NCBI GenBank assembly: GCA_963662945.1 | Contig: OY759974.1 | Span: forward strand, 1,376,001-1,440,000 | Source of the DNA: Arcobacteraceae bacterium | Lineage (GTDB): Bacteria; Campylobacterota; Campylobacteria; Campylobacterales; Arcobacteraceae | Reading direction: 5' to 3' | DNA: 64,000 bases | Shown: piece after piece, positions 8,622-16,867 of the stretch | Layout: every line of letters starts with the position of its first letter | Position numbering within the stretch: the first letter of the stretch is position 1 | Program-made: the position numbers and the translations under genes | The notes under the pieces: generated by a model | Seen by the model: only the letters and a program-made list of their open reading frames with translations | What the model was told of the DNA's origin: nothing | Database searches by the model: none

Positions 8622-10471
8622 TGGATTTTGTTTTTAAACCATAAGGAGATATGTGTTCCATGATCAACTACTACTTGAAGTTTCCCCTCTAGTTGCTCAG
8701 TTGCAAGAGATTCTATCATCATCTCTCCAAAGGTTGCATTTGTATTATAAGTTTTTCCAATACCATTATCAGAAACCTCTAATAAGGTTCCATTATCTAC
8801 ACTATTTAGAGAAATTTTTATGATTCCACCTTTTGAGTCAAAAGCATGTTTTATGGCATTTGTAACCAGTTCATTGACTATAAGACCACAGTAAATAGCT
8901 TCTTCAGTGTCAAGAAAAGAGTTTATATCAAGTTCAAATGTGATATTTTCAAGTTCAAAGCTCTCTTTTATGTTTTGTAAGACTTTTTCAAAATACTCTT
9001 TTGCATCAATATTTACAAGGTTTTTCTGATTGTAAAGCATCTGATGAACTATACTCATAGCATGAATCTTTCTCTCCACATCATGAAGTTTTTCTTGAAT
9101 ATATTCATCTCCATTGTCATTAAGTTTAAGCGCATATAATGAAGTGATAAATTGCATATTATTCTTCACTCTATGGTGTAGTTCTTTTAATAAGAGTTCA
9201 TTTTGTTTTAATTCGTTGTTTAACTCTTGGGTTCTTGTGTTTACGATTTGTTCTAAACGCTTTGATTCATTTTGTTGTTGTACTAAAAGGGTTTGGGTTA
9301 AATCATTTTTTTTCTTCTCTAATGTTTTAATACGATATGCCAATGATATAGCGAACAAAATAACCTCTGCCATAATAAGAGTTTCAAAGGTATATTCAAA
9401 TATATATTTAATTGGAAGTATCCCCATATATTGAAAAAATAGTGAAAGCCATGCTATTAAAGCAAGACTCCACCCTAATAAGAAAAATTTTGCTTGGGGA
9501 TTTTTTTTGTATAAAGCATAAAATCCTATCCATAAAAAATAATATGGGGTAAAAAACTGAAAAATAACTACTTGGGGAATTGTAAAAATATTAGAGATTT
9601 GTAAAATAAAATATATAGGAATGATATAAAGAAGAAGCTTCAATGTAAAATCTATCTTAGGATAAAGAACAGTATCCAAAAATTTTCTTATAAACAAAGT
9701 CATGGTAAAAGTAACGAAAACATTTACATAAAAAACATTTACATATAAACTTTTTTTAACAAACTCCATATCATCCATAGGTAAAAGGTAAAGTTTTGGG
9801 TATATAGAAAATTGACTTTGTAATAAAGTTGCAATTAGATATAAAAAATAATACAGATAAATTTTATCTCTTGTAAAGATAAATAGAAAGATATTATATA
9901 AAACAAGAGAAAATATACCACCAAAAAAAAGTGCCCATATAATTTGATGAAAAGTATCTTCTTTATAAAAGACTTTTGGCTCATAAAGTTCTGGCTTGAA
10001 CCATAGGGAGAGTTTTTCATTTTTCACATTCAAATAATAAGTTTCAATAGTATTTGCATTTATATCAACTGGGATATTAAGTATAACTAAACCATGGAAT
10101 TTTTCAAGATGATGAATACCTGTTGTTTTCTTTGATAATACTTTTTTATCTGAAACTTTATATAGATCAATTCTTTCTGTAGATAGGTTATCGATTTTTA
10201 AAATTTTTTGTATAGACTTATTTGTAGTATTTTGAAGCTTAAATTTTATCCATACACCTTCAGGAACTAAATTGCAATAATCAATAACTTTTTTATTGGT
10301 AGTAATAAATTTATCATTTTTATTTAAAATACTGTTTATGGTTTCTTTGTTACCTATATCATGGTATATTTTGGAGTTGGGAAGTAAACTTATAGTCTGT
10401 TCAGTATTGACAAAAATCGTTGCTTGTAAGTTTACATATAAAGCAACTAATAAAATAATGATATAACGCAT
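8585..10471 (-). CDS. 7TM-DISM sensor histidine kinase (HisKA_2 type)
   Basis: Periplasmic DISMED2-like domain (VWIKFKLQN...IDLY) and seven TM segments (LVLYNIFLF...YLYYFLY). H-box ELHHRVKNNMQ, N-box NELVTNAIKHAF, G1 box VSDNGIG. Confidence 0.92.
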   Translation of the reverse strand: MRYIIILLVALYVNLQATIFVNTEQTISLLPNSKIYHDIGNKETINSILNKNDKFITTNKKVIDYCNLVPEGVWIKFKLQNTTNKSIQKILKIDNLSTERIDLYKVSDKKVLSKKTTGIHHLEKFHGLVILNIPVDINANTIETYYLNVKNEKLSLWFKPELYEPKVFYKEDTFHQIIWALFFGGIFSLVLYNIFLFIFTRDKIYLYYFLYLIATLLQSQFSIYPKLYLLPMDDMEFVKKSLYVNVFYVNVFVTFTMTLFIRKFLDTVLYPKIDFTLKLLLYIIPIYFILQISNIFTIPQVVIFQFFTPYYFLWIGFYALYKKNPQAKFFLLGWSLALIAWLSLFFQYMGILPIKYIFEYTFETLIMAEVILFAISLAYRIKTLEKKKNDLTQTLLVQQQNESKRLEQIVNTRTQELNNELKQNELLLKELHHRVKNNMQFITSLYALKLNDNGDEYIQEKLHDVERKIHAMSIVHQMLYNQKNLVNIDAKEYFEKVLQNIKESFELENITFELDINSFLDTEEAIYCGLIVNELVTNAIKHAFDSKGGIIKISLNSVDNGTLLEVSDNGIGKTYNTNATFGEMMIESLATEQLEGKLQVVVDHGTHISLWFKNKIQKSNDKSNASLI

Positions 10472-10519
10472 AAAACTCTTTTTTATTAAATTTTAACATA
10501 AAAAAAGTGATATGTTTAC

Positions 10520-10555
10520 AATATAACGATAAATATAACGCAGAAGTGATAGAAT
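10520..10555 (+). promoter_or_regulatory. Putative response-regulator promoter with a third copy of the TAACG tandem motif
   Basis: AATATAACGATAAATATAACGCAGAAGTGATAGAAT: half-sites at 10523-10528 and 10535-10540, -10 TAGAAT at 10550-10555. Confidence 0.6.
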
Positions 10556-10561
10556 AATAGT

Positions 10562-11233
10562 ATGAAAAAGGTAAATATATTAATCATAGAAGATACAACA
10601 TTAACTGCACAAAAAATGAAAAGAACATTAGAGTGGGCAGGATATCATGTGGTTGCTATTGCAAATAGAAGTGAGACTGCTTTAGAGGTAATGTTCAAAG
10701 AACATATTGATATTATTATTGCAGATATCAATATCAAAGGTGAACTCAATGGAATTGAAACAGCAAAACTTATCCAAAAGAACTTCAATATCCCAGTTAT
10801 ATTTTTAACTTCATATCATGATGATAATACACTCTCCGATGCTTCTAGCGTTAATTTCACAGGGTATATTGTAAAACCATATTTAGATGCACATCTTCTT
10901 CGAGAAGTAAAACTCGCCTCTTTTCGATTTGGACTTAATAATAAATTAGAACCAATTGAACTTAATAACGGATATATTTATGATATTCAAAATAAAGTTT
11001 TATTAAAAGATAATCAAGCAATAAACTTAACAAATAAAGAGGAACAATTTTTACATATATTAATACAAAATAAAAATCAAATTGTATCCAATGAATATGT
11101 AGATTTAGTGATATGGCATGAGTATAGCACTTATGATGAAAATCGTAGACAATTACTTTTTAGATTAAGAAAAAAAATACCTGATTTAGAGATACAAACT
11201 ATTAAAGGAGAAGGATATATCTTAAAAGTATAA
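10562..11233 (+). CDS. Response regulator with receiver and winged-helix (OmpR/PhoB-like) output domain
   Basis: Receiver motifs IIEDT, IIIADINI (phospho-Asp), IFLTS and YIVKP. C-terminal LTNKE...FRLRKKI...IQTIKGEGY. Divergent from the kinase. Confidence 0.92.
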   Translation: MKKVNILIIEDTTLTAQKMKRTLEWAGYHVVAIANRSETALEVMFKEHIDIIIADINIKGELNGIETAKLIQKNFNIPVIFLTSYHDDNTLSDASSVNFTGYIVKPYLDAHLLREVKLASFRFGLNNKLEPIELNNGYIYDIQNKVLLKDNQAINLTNKEEQFLHILIQNKNQIVSNEYVDLVIWHEYSTYDENRRQLLFRLRKKIPDLEIQTIKGEGYILKV

Positions 11234-11269
11234 ATAATTAGTCTTTTTAGATATATTACATTACTACCT

Positions 11270-12130
11270 CTACTCACTTTTTTTACTTAAATAGATAAAT
11301 AACCCTAAAGATATAATAAGAAAAGAAACTCCTCCTATTAAATAAACAGCATTTACCATTTGAGAATAATCATCAAGTGCAATTTTAAACACTACCATTA
11401 AAGACTCAATAAGAAGTGCGATGATAATGGTAATTGAAAATTTTGTAAGAACTTTATATTCCGCTTTACTATTTTTTGAATAACTTTTAAAAAACACTTC
11501 TTGTTCTAATACCGTTTTAGCAAGATCAAATATCGCTAAACCAAGTGTAACTGCAACGATTGGTTTAAAAATAGCTTCAATTGAAAAATGCGCTTTTATG
11601 ATAACTGCATTAATAAATTCAAAAAATGAATATCCAAGTGTAAATATAGATAAAAGTATCATCACCATAGAGATAAGGAAATAAAATCCTTTATTGACCA
11701 TATTAAATTGCTCATGAATCTCTACTAATCCAAGTCTTTGTAATAGTGAGGTCATCTTAAAATCTAAAAAGTAGATTTTGTCTTGTTCAAGTTTTGCAAC
11801 AGTAACACACGTCATACCAGATGCACTACTAATATATGGAGGTGAAACTGAAATACCATTTTCATTAAAATGGATTTTATTCATAAGATATTTTCTATTA
11901 ACACCATTTTGAGAATCACTTATTTTATCTTTGTAAATATTTGGTGAGCATTGGTTTAGAGTCTCTTTGTCACAAATATATATCAATTCTAATGATGGAA
12001 AAGTATTAAATAATTTTTCATACTGATTATGTTCTTGTAACTGTAGATGTCCTAAATTTCTTACGGTTTCTATTAAAAAGTTTTCAATATCTTCAGTATT
12101 TCTTTTATATGTTTCAATAAATTCTTGCAT
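11270..12130 (-). CDS. Membrane protein: N-terminal Cache/PDC-like domain plus four TM helices
   Basis: SPPYISSASGMTCVTVAK resembles a Cache/PDC ligand-binding motif. Four hydrophobic segments in the C-terminal half; no signal peptide. Confidence 0.55.
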   Translation of the reverse strand: MQEFIETYKRNTEDIENFLIETVRNLGHLQLQEHNQYEKLFNTFPSLELIYICDKETLNQCSPNIYKDKISDSQNGVNRKYLMNKIHFNENGISVSPPYISSASGMTCVTVAKLEQDKIYFLDFKMTSLLQRLGLVEIHEQFNMVNKGFYFLISMVMILLSIFTLGYSFFEFINAVIIKAHFSIEAIFKPIVAVTLGLAIFDLAKTVLEQEVFFKSYSKNSKAEYKVLTKFSITIIIALLIESLMVVFKIALDDYSQMVNAVYLIGGVSFLIISLGLFIYLSKKSE

Positions 12131-12281
12131 AGTAACTCCTCTTAATAATCTAATAACCCTATTTTACTCCAATTAGAAAATATAATTTTTATAATATTGT
12201 ATAGATTGTAATCAAAGAGAGTAAAAATGTTTAAAAGTAAAATTTAGATAAAATACAAAAAATAGATAAGAGGATTAGTGA

Positions 12282-13613
12282 ATGGTAGAAAGATACGCAC
12301 GAGAAGAGATGGCTCAACATTGGACGCAGCATGCAAGATATGCGGCGTGGCTAGAGGTTGAAAAAGCAGCTGTAAAGGCATGGAATAAAATAGGTCTTAT
12401 TCCAGATGAAGATTGTAAAAAAATTGTTAAAAATGCTACATTTTCTGTTGAAAGAATTGAGGAGATTGAAGCAGTTACAAAACACGATTTAATCGCTTTT
12501 AATACTAGCGTATCTGAGTCTTTGGGAGATGAGTCAAGATGGTTTCACTATGGTATGACTAGTTCTGATGCTGTTGATACAGGTGTTGCTTTACAAATGA
12601 GAGATTCTTTAAAAATTATTATTAAAGATGTAAAAATGCTTATGAAATCTATTAAAAAAAGAGCAAAAGAGCACAAATATACATTAATGGTTGGAAGAAG
12701 TCACGGTATTCACGGAGAGCCTATCACTTTTGGTCTTACTCTTGCAGTTTGGTATGATGAAATGGCAAGACATCTTAAAAACCTAAAAGAAACTATGAAA
12801 GTTATCTCAGTAGGTCAAATTAGTGGTGCAATGGGGAACTTCGCTCATGCACCATTAGAACTTGAAGAGTATGCAATGGCTGAATTAGGATTAAAACCTG
12901 AGCCTTGTTCAAATCAAGTTGTACATAGAGATAGATATGCAAGACTTGCAACTGCTTTAGCGCTTATGGCTTCTTCTATTGAAAAGTTTGCTGTTCAAGT
13001 ACGTCACTTACAAAGAACAGAAGTGTATGAATGTGAAGAGTTTTTTGCAAAAGGGCAAAAAGGAAGCTCTGCTATGCCACACAAAAGAAATCCTATTTTA
13101 ACTGAAAACATTACTGGACTTGCAAGAACAATTAGATCATTCGCAGCACCAGCTATGGAAAATGTAGCTTTATGGCATGAAAGAGATATCTCTCACTCTT
13201 CAAATGAAAGATTTTGGCTACCAGATGCTTTTATCACTACAGATTTTATGCTTCATAGAATGAATAGTGTTATTGCAAATCTTACAGTAATGCCTGAAAA
13301 TATGATGAGAAACCTTAATTTAACAGGTGGACTTGTATTTTCTCAAAGAGTATTATTAGAACTTCCAAAAGCTGGTGTTTCTAGAGAAGATGCTTATAAA
13401 ATTGTTCAAAGAAATGCTATGAAGGTATGGGAAGAGATACAACATGGTAAACCAACTACAAATAAAGATGGAGAGTCATTGTATCTAGGACATTTATTGG
13501 CTGATGAAGAGTTAAGAAGTAAACTTAGTGAAGAGCAAATCAGAGAATGTTTCAACTTCGAATACTACACAAAAAATGTAAATAACATCTTCAAACGAGT
13601 ATTTAAAAAATAG
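12282..13613 (+). CDS. purB: Adenylosuccinate lyase
   Basis: MVERY start, TKHD, HYGMTSSD, GRSHG and the fumarase-superfamily signature GSSAMPHKRNP. Confidence 0.97.
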   Translation: MVERYAREEMAQHWTQHARYAAWLEVEKAAVKAWNKIGLIPDEDCKKIVKNATFSVERIEEIEAVTKHDLIAFNTSVSESLGDESRWFHYGMTSSDAVDTGVALQMRDSLKIIIKDVKMLMKSIKKRAKEHKYTLMVGRSHGIHGEPITFGLTLAVWYDEMARHLKNLKETMKVISVGQISGAMGNFAHAPLELEEYAMAELGLKPEPCSNQVVHRDRYARLATALALMASSIEKFAVQVRHLQRTEVYECEEFFAKGQKGSSAMPHKRNPILTENITGLARTIRSFAAPAMENVALWHERDISHSSNERFWLPDAFITTDFMLHRMNSVIANLTVMPENMMRNLNLTGGLVFSQRVLLELPKAGVSREDAYKIVQRNAMKVWEEIQHGKPTTNKDGESLYLGHLLADEELRSKLSEEQIRECFNFEYYTKNVNNIFKRVFKK

Positions 13614-13705
13614 TCTAATATTCCTATTACTTCGTTGAAGGTTTTCTCTTTACTACAGTAAAGAGAAAACCTTCACCTTGTACTAGAAACATTATACAAT
13701 TTTTT
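13605..13705. repeat. Palindromic intergenic element (copy 1); may also act as the purB terminator
   Basis: Perfect 19-bp inner inverted repeat 13636-13654 / 13657-13675, flanked by TTCGT / CCTT and an imperfect outer inverted repeat. Confidence 0.75.
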
Positions 13706-13718
13706 AGTGTTTTAATTT

Positions 13719-14321
13719 ATGAAAACATTTCTTTCTACTCAAAATAAATCTTTTACATTTAGTTCTTGTGATGGTTGTCCTGCTCGTTGTTGTGATGGAA
13801 GAGAGGGAAGTGTCTTTTCTCAACTTTTACTAGAAGACTTTGAAATAGTTTCACAAAACTTCCCAATTCTTTTTACTTTTGGCGATATGGGATATTTAAA
13901 AGCAAATGTATTACTTTCAAATGGAAAAGATTTTTGTCCTTATATTGTAAATCATCAATGTACCATCTATGAGAATCGTCCAAATGTTTGTAGAAACTAT
14001 CCATTAAGTGGAAATCTTGATAATCAAATTTATATCGATGATAGCTGTCCAGCAATTCATAGTGAATTTGGAAAAGATATTGTTATAGATGGGATAGTGC
14101 AAAAAAAGTTTGATAATGACTCACTTCATAACTATCAAGAGAAGTTTTTAGAGACACATCACTATCTAGAACAGTTCAATCATAAAGAAGATTTTGATAA
14201 AGTAATAACAATCAATAATATAGAGTTTTATAAGTATATAAAGCCTTCTAGTGATAGCTATATGAATTTACATATAAAGTCACTTGATAAACTTAATAAA
14301 GTGATAAAGGAAAAAATATGA
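13719..14321 (+). CDS. YkgJ-family (CxxCxxxCC) cysteine-cluster protein
   Basis: CDGCPARCC, CPY...CTIYENRPNVCRNYP. Confidence 0.85.
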   Translation: MKTFLSTQNKSFTFSSCDGCPARCCDGREGSVFSQLLLEDFEIVSQNFPILFTFGDMGYLKANVLLSNGKDFCPYIVNHQCTIYENRPNVCRNYPLSGNLDNQIYIDDSCPAIHSEFGKDIVIDGIVQKKFDNDSLHNYQEKFLETHHYLEQFNHKEDFDKVITINNIEFYKYIKPSSDSYMNLHIKSLDKLNKVIKEKI

Positions 14322-14701
14322 CGTTAAATACACATCTAAAACTAGACAATAGTATCAATGGAAAAGTTATAGAATTAAGTAAAGATTATGCAAAAATTGA
14401 ACAAACCACAAAAGATTTTATGGTCGCAGATGAGGTTGGTTTAATTCATGGTGGTTTTACATTTTGTGCAGCTGATTTTTGTGCTATGGCTGTTGTAAAT
14501 GATCCAAATGTAGTGTTAGGAAAAAGTGAAACAAAATTTTTAGCACCTGTAAAGTTAGGAGATATTGTAGTTTTTGAGGGAAAAACTCTAGAAAAAGAGG
14601 GTAAAAAGTCAACTATAGAAGTTATAGCAACTGTGGATGAAAATATAGTATTTAAAGGGACTTTTTACACTATTACATTGGAAAAACATATTCTAGGATA
14701 G
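14318..14701 (+). CDS. PaaI-type hotdog-fold thioesterase
   Basis: GLIHGGFTFCAAD motif and KFLAPV. Confidence 0.85.
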   Translation: MTLNTHLKLDNSINGKVIELSKDYAKIEQTTKDFMVADEVGLIHGGFTFCAADFCAMAVVNDPNVVLGKSETKFLAPVKLGDIVVFEGKTLEKEGKKSTIEVIATVDENIVFKGTFYTITLEKHILG

Positions 14702-14709
14702 TTTAAAAC

Positions 14710-15888
14710 CTATTCTACAATATGTCCTACAAATTTAGAATTATTATCTAGTATTTTTCCACCTTTTCTAAAACCTAATCCACAAGCTTCATAAGAGTGA
14801 AATACACCAGCTTGATAATAGTTCCCCTTATTATCTTTTGGAAACTCTACATACTCTTGATAGATTGGTTTAAAGTTTCCATACTCTCCCTCTGTTTTGA
14901 GTTCTAAAGAGTTATTCTCATCAACTATAGCTATATTTGCACCTTCTCTACCAAAACACATCTTTTCTACTTGTTTTTTATTTTGAAGTGGTTCAAATGA
15001 TGTTTCTAGAAGTAGTGGATGATTTGGAAATAGATCCCAAAGTATTTTCATCATCCCTTTACTTTGAAAAAGTAGAGTATATGCTGGGTTTAGTATAATA
15101 GCTTTTTGATTTTCAAGAAGTTCTGTTAAAATCACAGCTAATTCCCCTTCTTGGATCCCTATCTCTTCCCAAGGGACAAGCTTGAACCAAAATTCATAGA
15201 GTTGGTCATCTAGTGAAATTCCATCGTCACTAAATTCTACATCTTCCACATAAGCAAATTCTGTTTGAAAGCCTATTTCACTTGCAATATGTTGTAAAAG
15301 TCTTGTAGTATGTTCCTCTTCTAAGCTTCCTGCAATAGATGAAAAAAGTATTTTCCAATTAAGTTTCTCATAATGTTTTGAAAAATCTTCAATATCACTA
15401 TCAAGTGTAATTATTCTTTTAAAATTATCACCAATTGCTTCATATAAAGAGTTAAATTGTTTTGTTTCATCAAAGCCATTAAATTTTAACATAGCCCATT
15501 GGATAATTGCAGTTTCAAAAAGAGCTGTTGGGGTATCTGCATTAAATTCAATAAGTTTTATAGGCTTGCCATCAATTCCACCAGCTAAATCAAATCTTCC
15601 ATAAAGATGCCAATGCACTTTATTGTTCCAAGATTCTTTAATAATCTCTACTAGATTAAAAGGGATATTAAGTTCATAGAAAAGATTGTTGTCAATCACA
15701 TATTGAGTAGATTTTTTATACATATCATAAAGTTCATTTGTTGCATCATAATAAGCTTCCGCTTCTGCTTCACTTATGATAACAAAGTCATTACTTATAT
15801 AAGAACTAGCATCTTTTTCTGTATGCCATAAAAAACCAATAGAGTCTAAAAATTCATTTGTAAGTGGTTGTAAAGATTGAAACTTCAT
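14710..15888 (-). CDS. Glutathionylspermidine synthase-family (ATP-grasp) protein
   Basis: LYGRFD, KLIEFNADTPT, FKLVPWE, QSKG, FGREGAN. Confidence 0.92.
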   Translation of the reverse strand: MKFQSLQPLTNEFLDSIGFLWHTEKDASSYISNDFVIISEAEAEAYYDATNELYDMYKKSTQYVIDNNLFYELNIPFNLVEIIKESWNNKVHWHLYGRFDLAGGIDGKPIKLIEFNADTPTALFETAIIQWAMLKFNGFDETKQFNSLYEAIGDNFKRIITLDSDIEDFSKHYEKLNWKILFSSIAGSLEEEHTTRLLQHIASEIGFQTEFAYVEDVEFSDDGISLDDQLYEFWFKLVPWEEIGIQEGELAVILTELLENQKAIILNPAYTLLFQSKGMMKILWDLFPNHPLLLETSFEPLQNKKQVEKMCFGREGANIAIVDENNSLELKTEGEYGNFKPIYQEYVEFPKDNKGNYYQAGVFHSYEACGLGFRKGGKILDNNSKFVGHIVE

Positions 15889-15891
15889 CTC

Positions 15892-16506
15892 CTAACCACC
15901 AAAAGAACTTGTTGTTTTACTTCCACTAAAAAAACCAGTTTTTTTAGTAGTAGATGAAGTTTTTGCAGCATTTGTAGAAGATGCTTTATTGAAACTATCT
16001 ACACTTTTTGAGTAAGTAGATGGTGATTTATAGCTTGTTCTTCTTTGATTTTGATAGCTTTGATTATTAAAAAGCTTACTACCTATATAACTTCCTATAA
16101 TAGCCCCAGCAGCACTAGCTAATAATGTTTCCCCTAAACTCATTCCACCCATTCCATTAGGATTGGTAAGATTTGAAGTACCATTATCTATTTTTGCAGC
16201 TTCTTGTGCTACCAATGCATCTATCTCTTGTTTTGAGAGGATTCTCTCTTTTCCCTCTTCTCGTAAAACAATTGTAGTATTTGTACTTGGAAATTCATCT
16301 ACTATTTTATAATCACCTGTTGGTGTTTTTTCAATGATAACAAAAGCACCTTGTTTTTGACTAGCTTCTGCTATAGAACCATTTTGAGAGTTTTGTCCAT
16401 TTGAATTTTTATCTTCACAACCTGTAAAACTCGTAAGAAGAATAGCACCCATTCCTCCAACAATAGCATAATTAGATACTTTTTTTATAAAATATTTTTT
16501 TTGCAT
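15892..16506 (-). CDS. UPF0323-family lipoprotein
   Basis: Lipobox FTGC, GAFVIIE...YKIVDEFPS, LLASAAGAIIGSYIG and a Ser-rich tail ending SFGG. Lies upstream of the Gsp-family gene. Confidence 0.85.
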   Translation of the reverse strand: MQKKYFIKKVSNYAIVGGMGAILLTSFTGCEDKNSNGQNSQNGSIAEASQKQGAFVIIEKTPTGDYKIVDEFPSTNTTIVLREEGKERILSKQEIDALVAQEAAKIDNGTSNLTNPNGMGGMSLGETLLASAAGAIIGSYIGSKLFNNQSYQNQRRTSYKSPSTYSKSVDSFNKASSTNAAKTSSTTKKTGFFSGSKTTSSFGG

Positions 16507-16510
16507 GATA

Positions 16511-16864
16511 CTATTTTGCTAAAAAAGCTATTACTTTTTCTATTGGTCTTCCTATAACAGCACAATCCCCTTTTATAACAATAGGACGTTCTATGATTTT
16601 AGGAAACTTTATCATTGCTTGAATAAGTTCAGCATCTGTTTTATTTGGATTATCCAAATCTAATGTTTTGTATTCTTCCTCTTTTGGTCTCATCATTTCT
16701 CTTAAATTAGTAATGCTTAATTTGGTTACTAAATCTTGAATCATATCTTCTGTTATAGGTTGTTTTAAATACTCAAATATTTCATATTCACACATTTTTT
16801 CATCTAAAAGATTTTTTGAATCTCTGCTTTTCCCACATCTTGAGTTATGCCATATTTTTATCAT
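16511..16864 (-). CDS. ArsC/Spx-family protein (glutaredoxin-type arsenate reductase-like)
   Basis: HNSRCGKSR, IERPIV, IGRP. Confidence 0.85.
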   Translation of the reverse strand: MIKIWHNSRCGKSRDSKNLLDEKMCEYEIFEYLKQPITEDMIQDLVTKLSITNLREMMRPKEEEYKTLDLDNPNKTDAELIQAMIKFPKIIERPIVIKGDCAVIGRPIEKVIAFLAK

Positions 16865-16867
16865 TGA

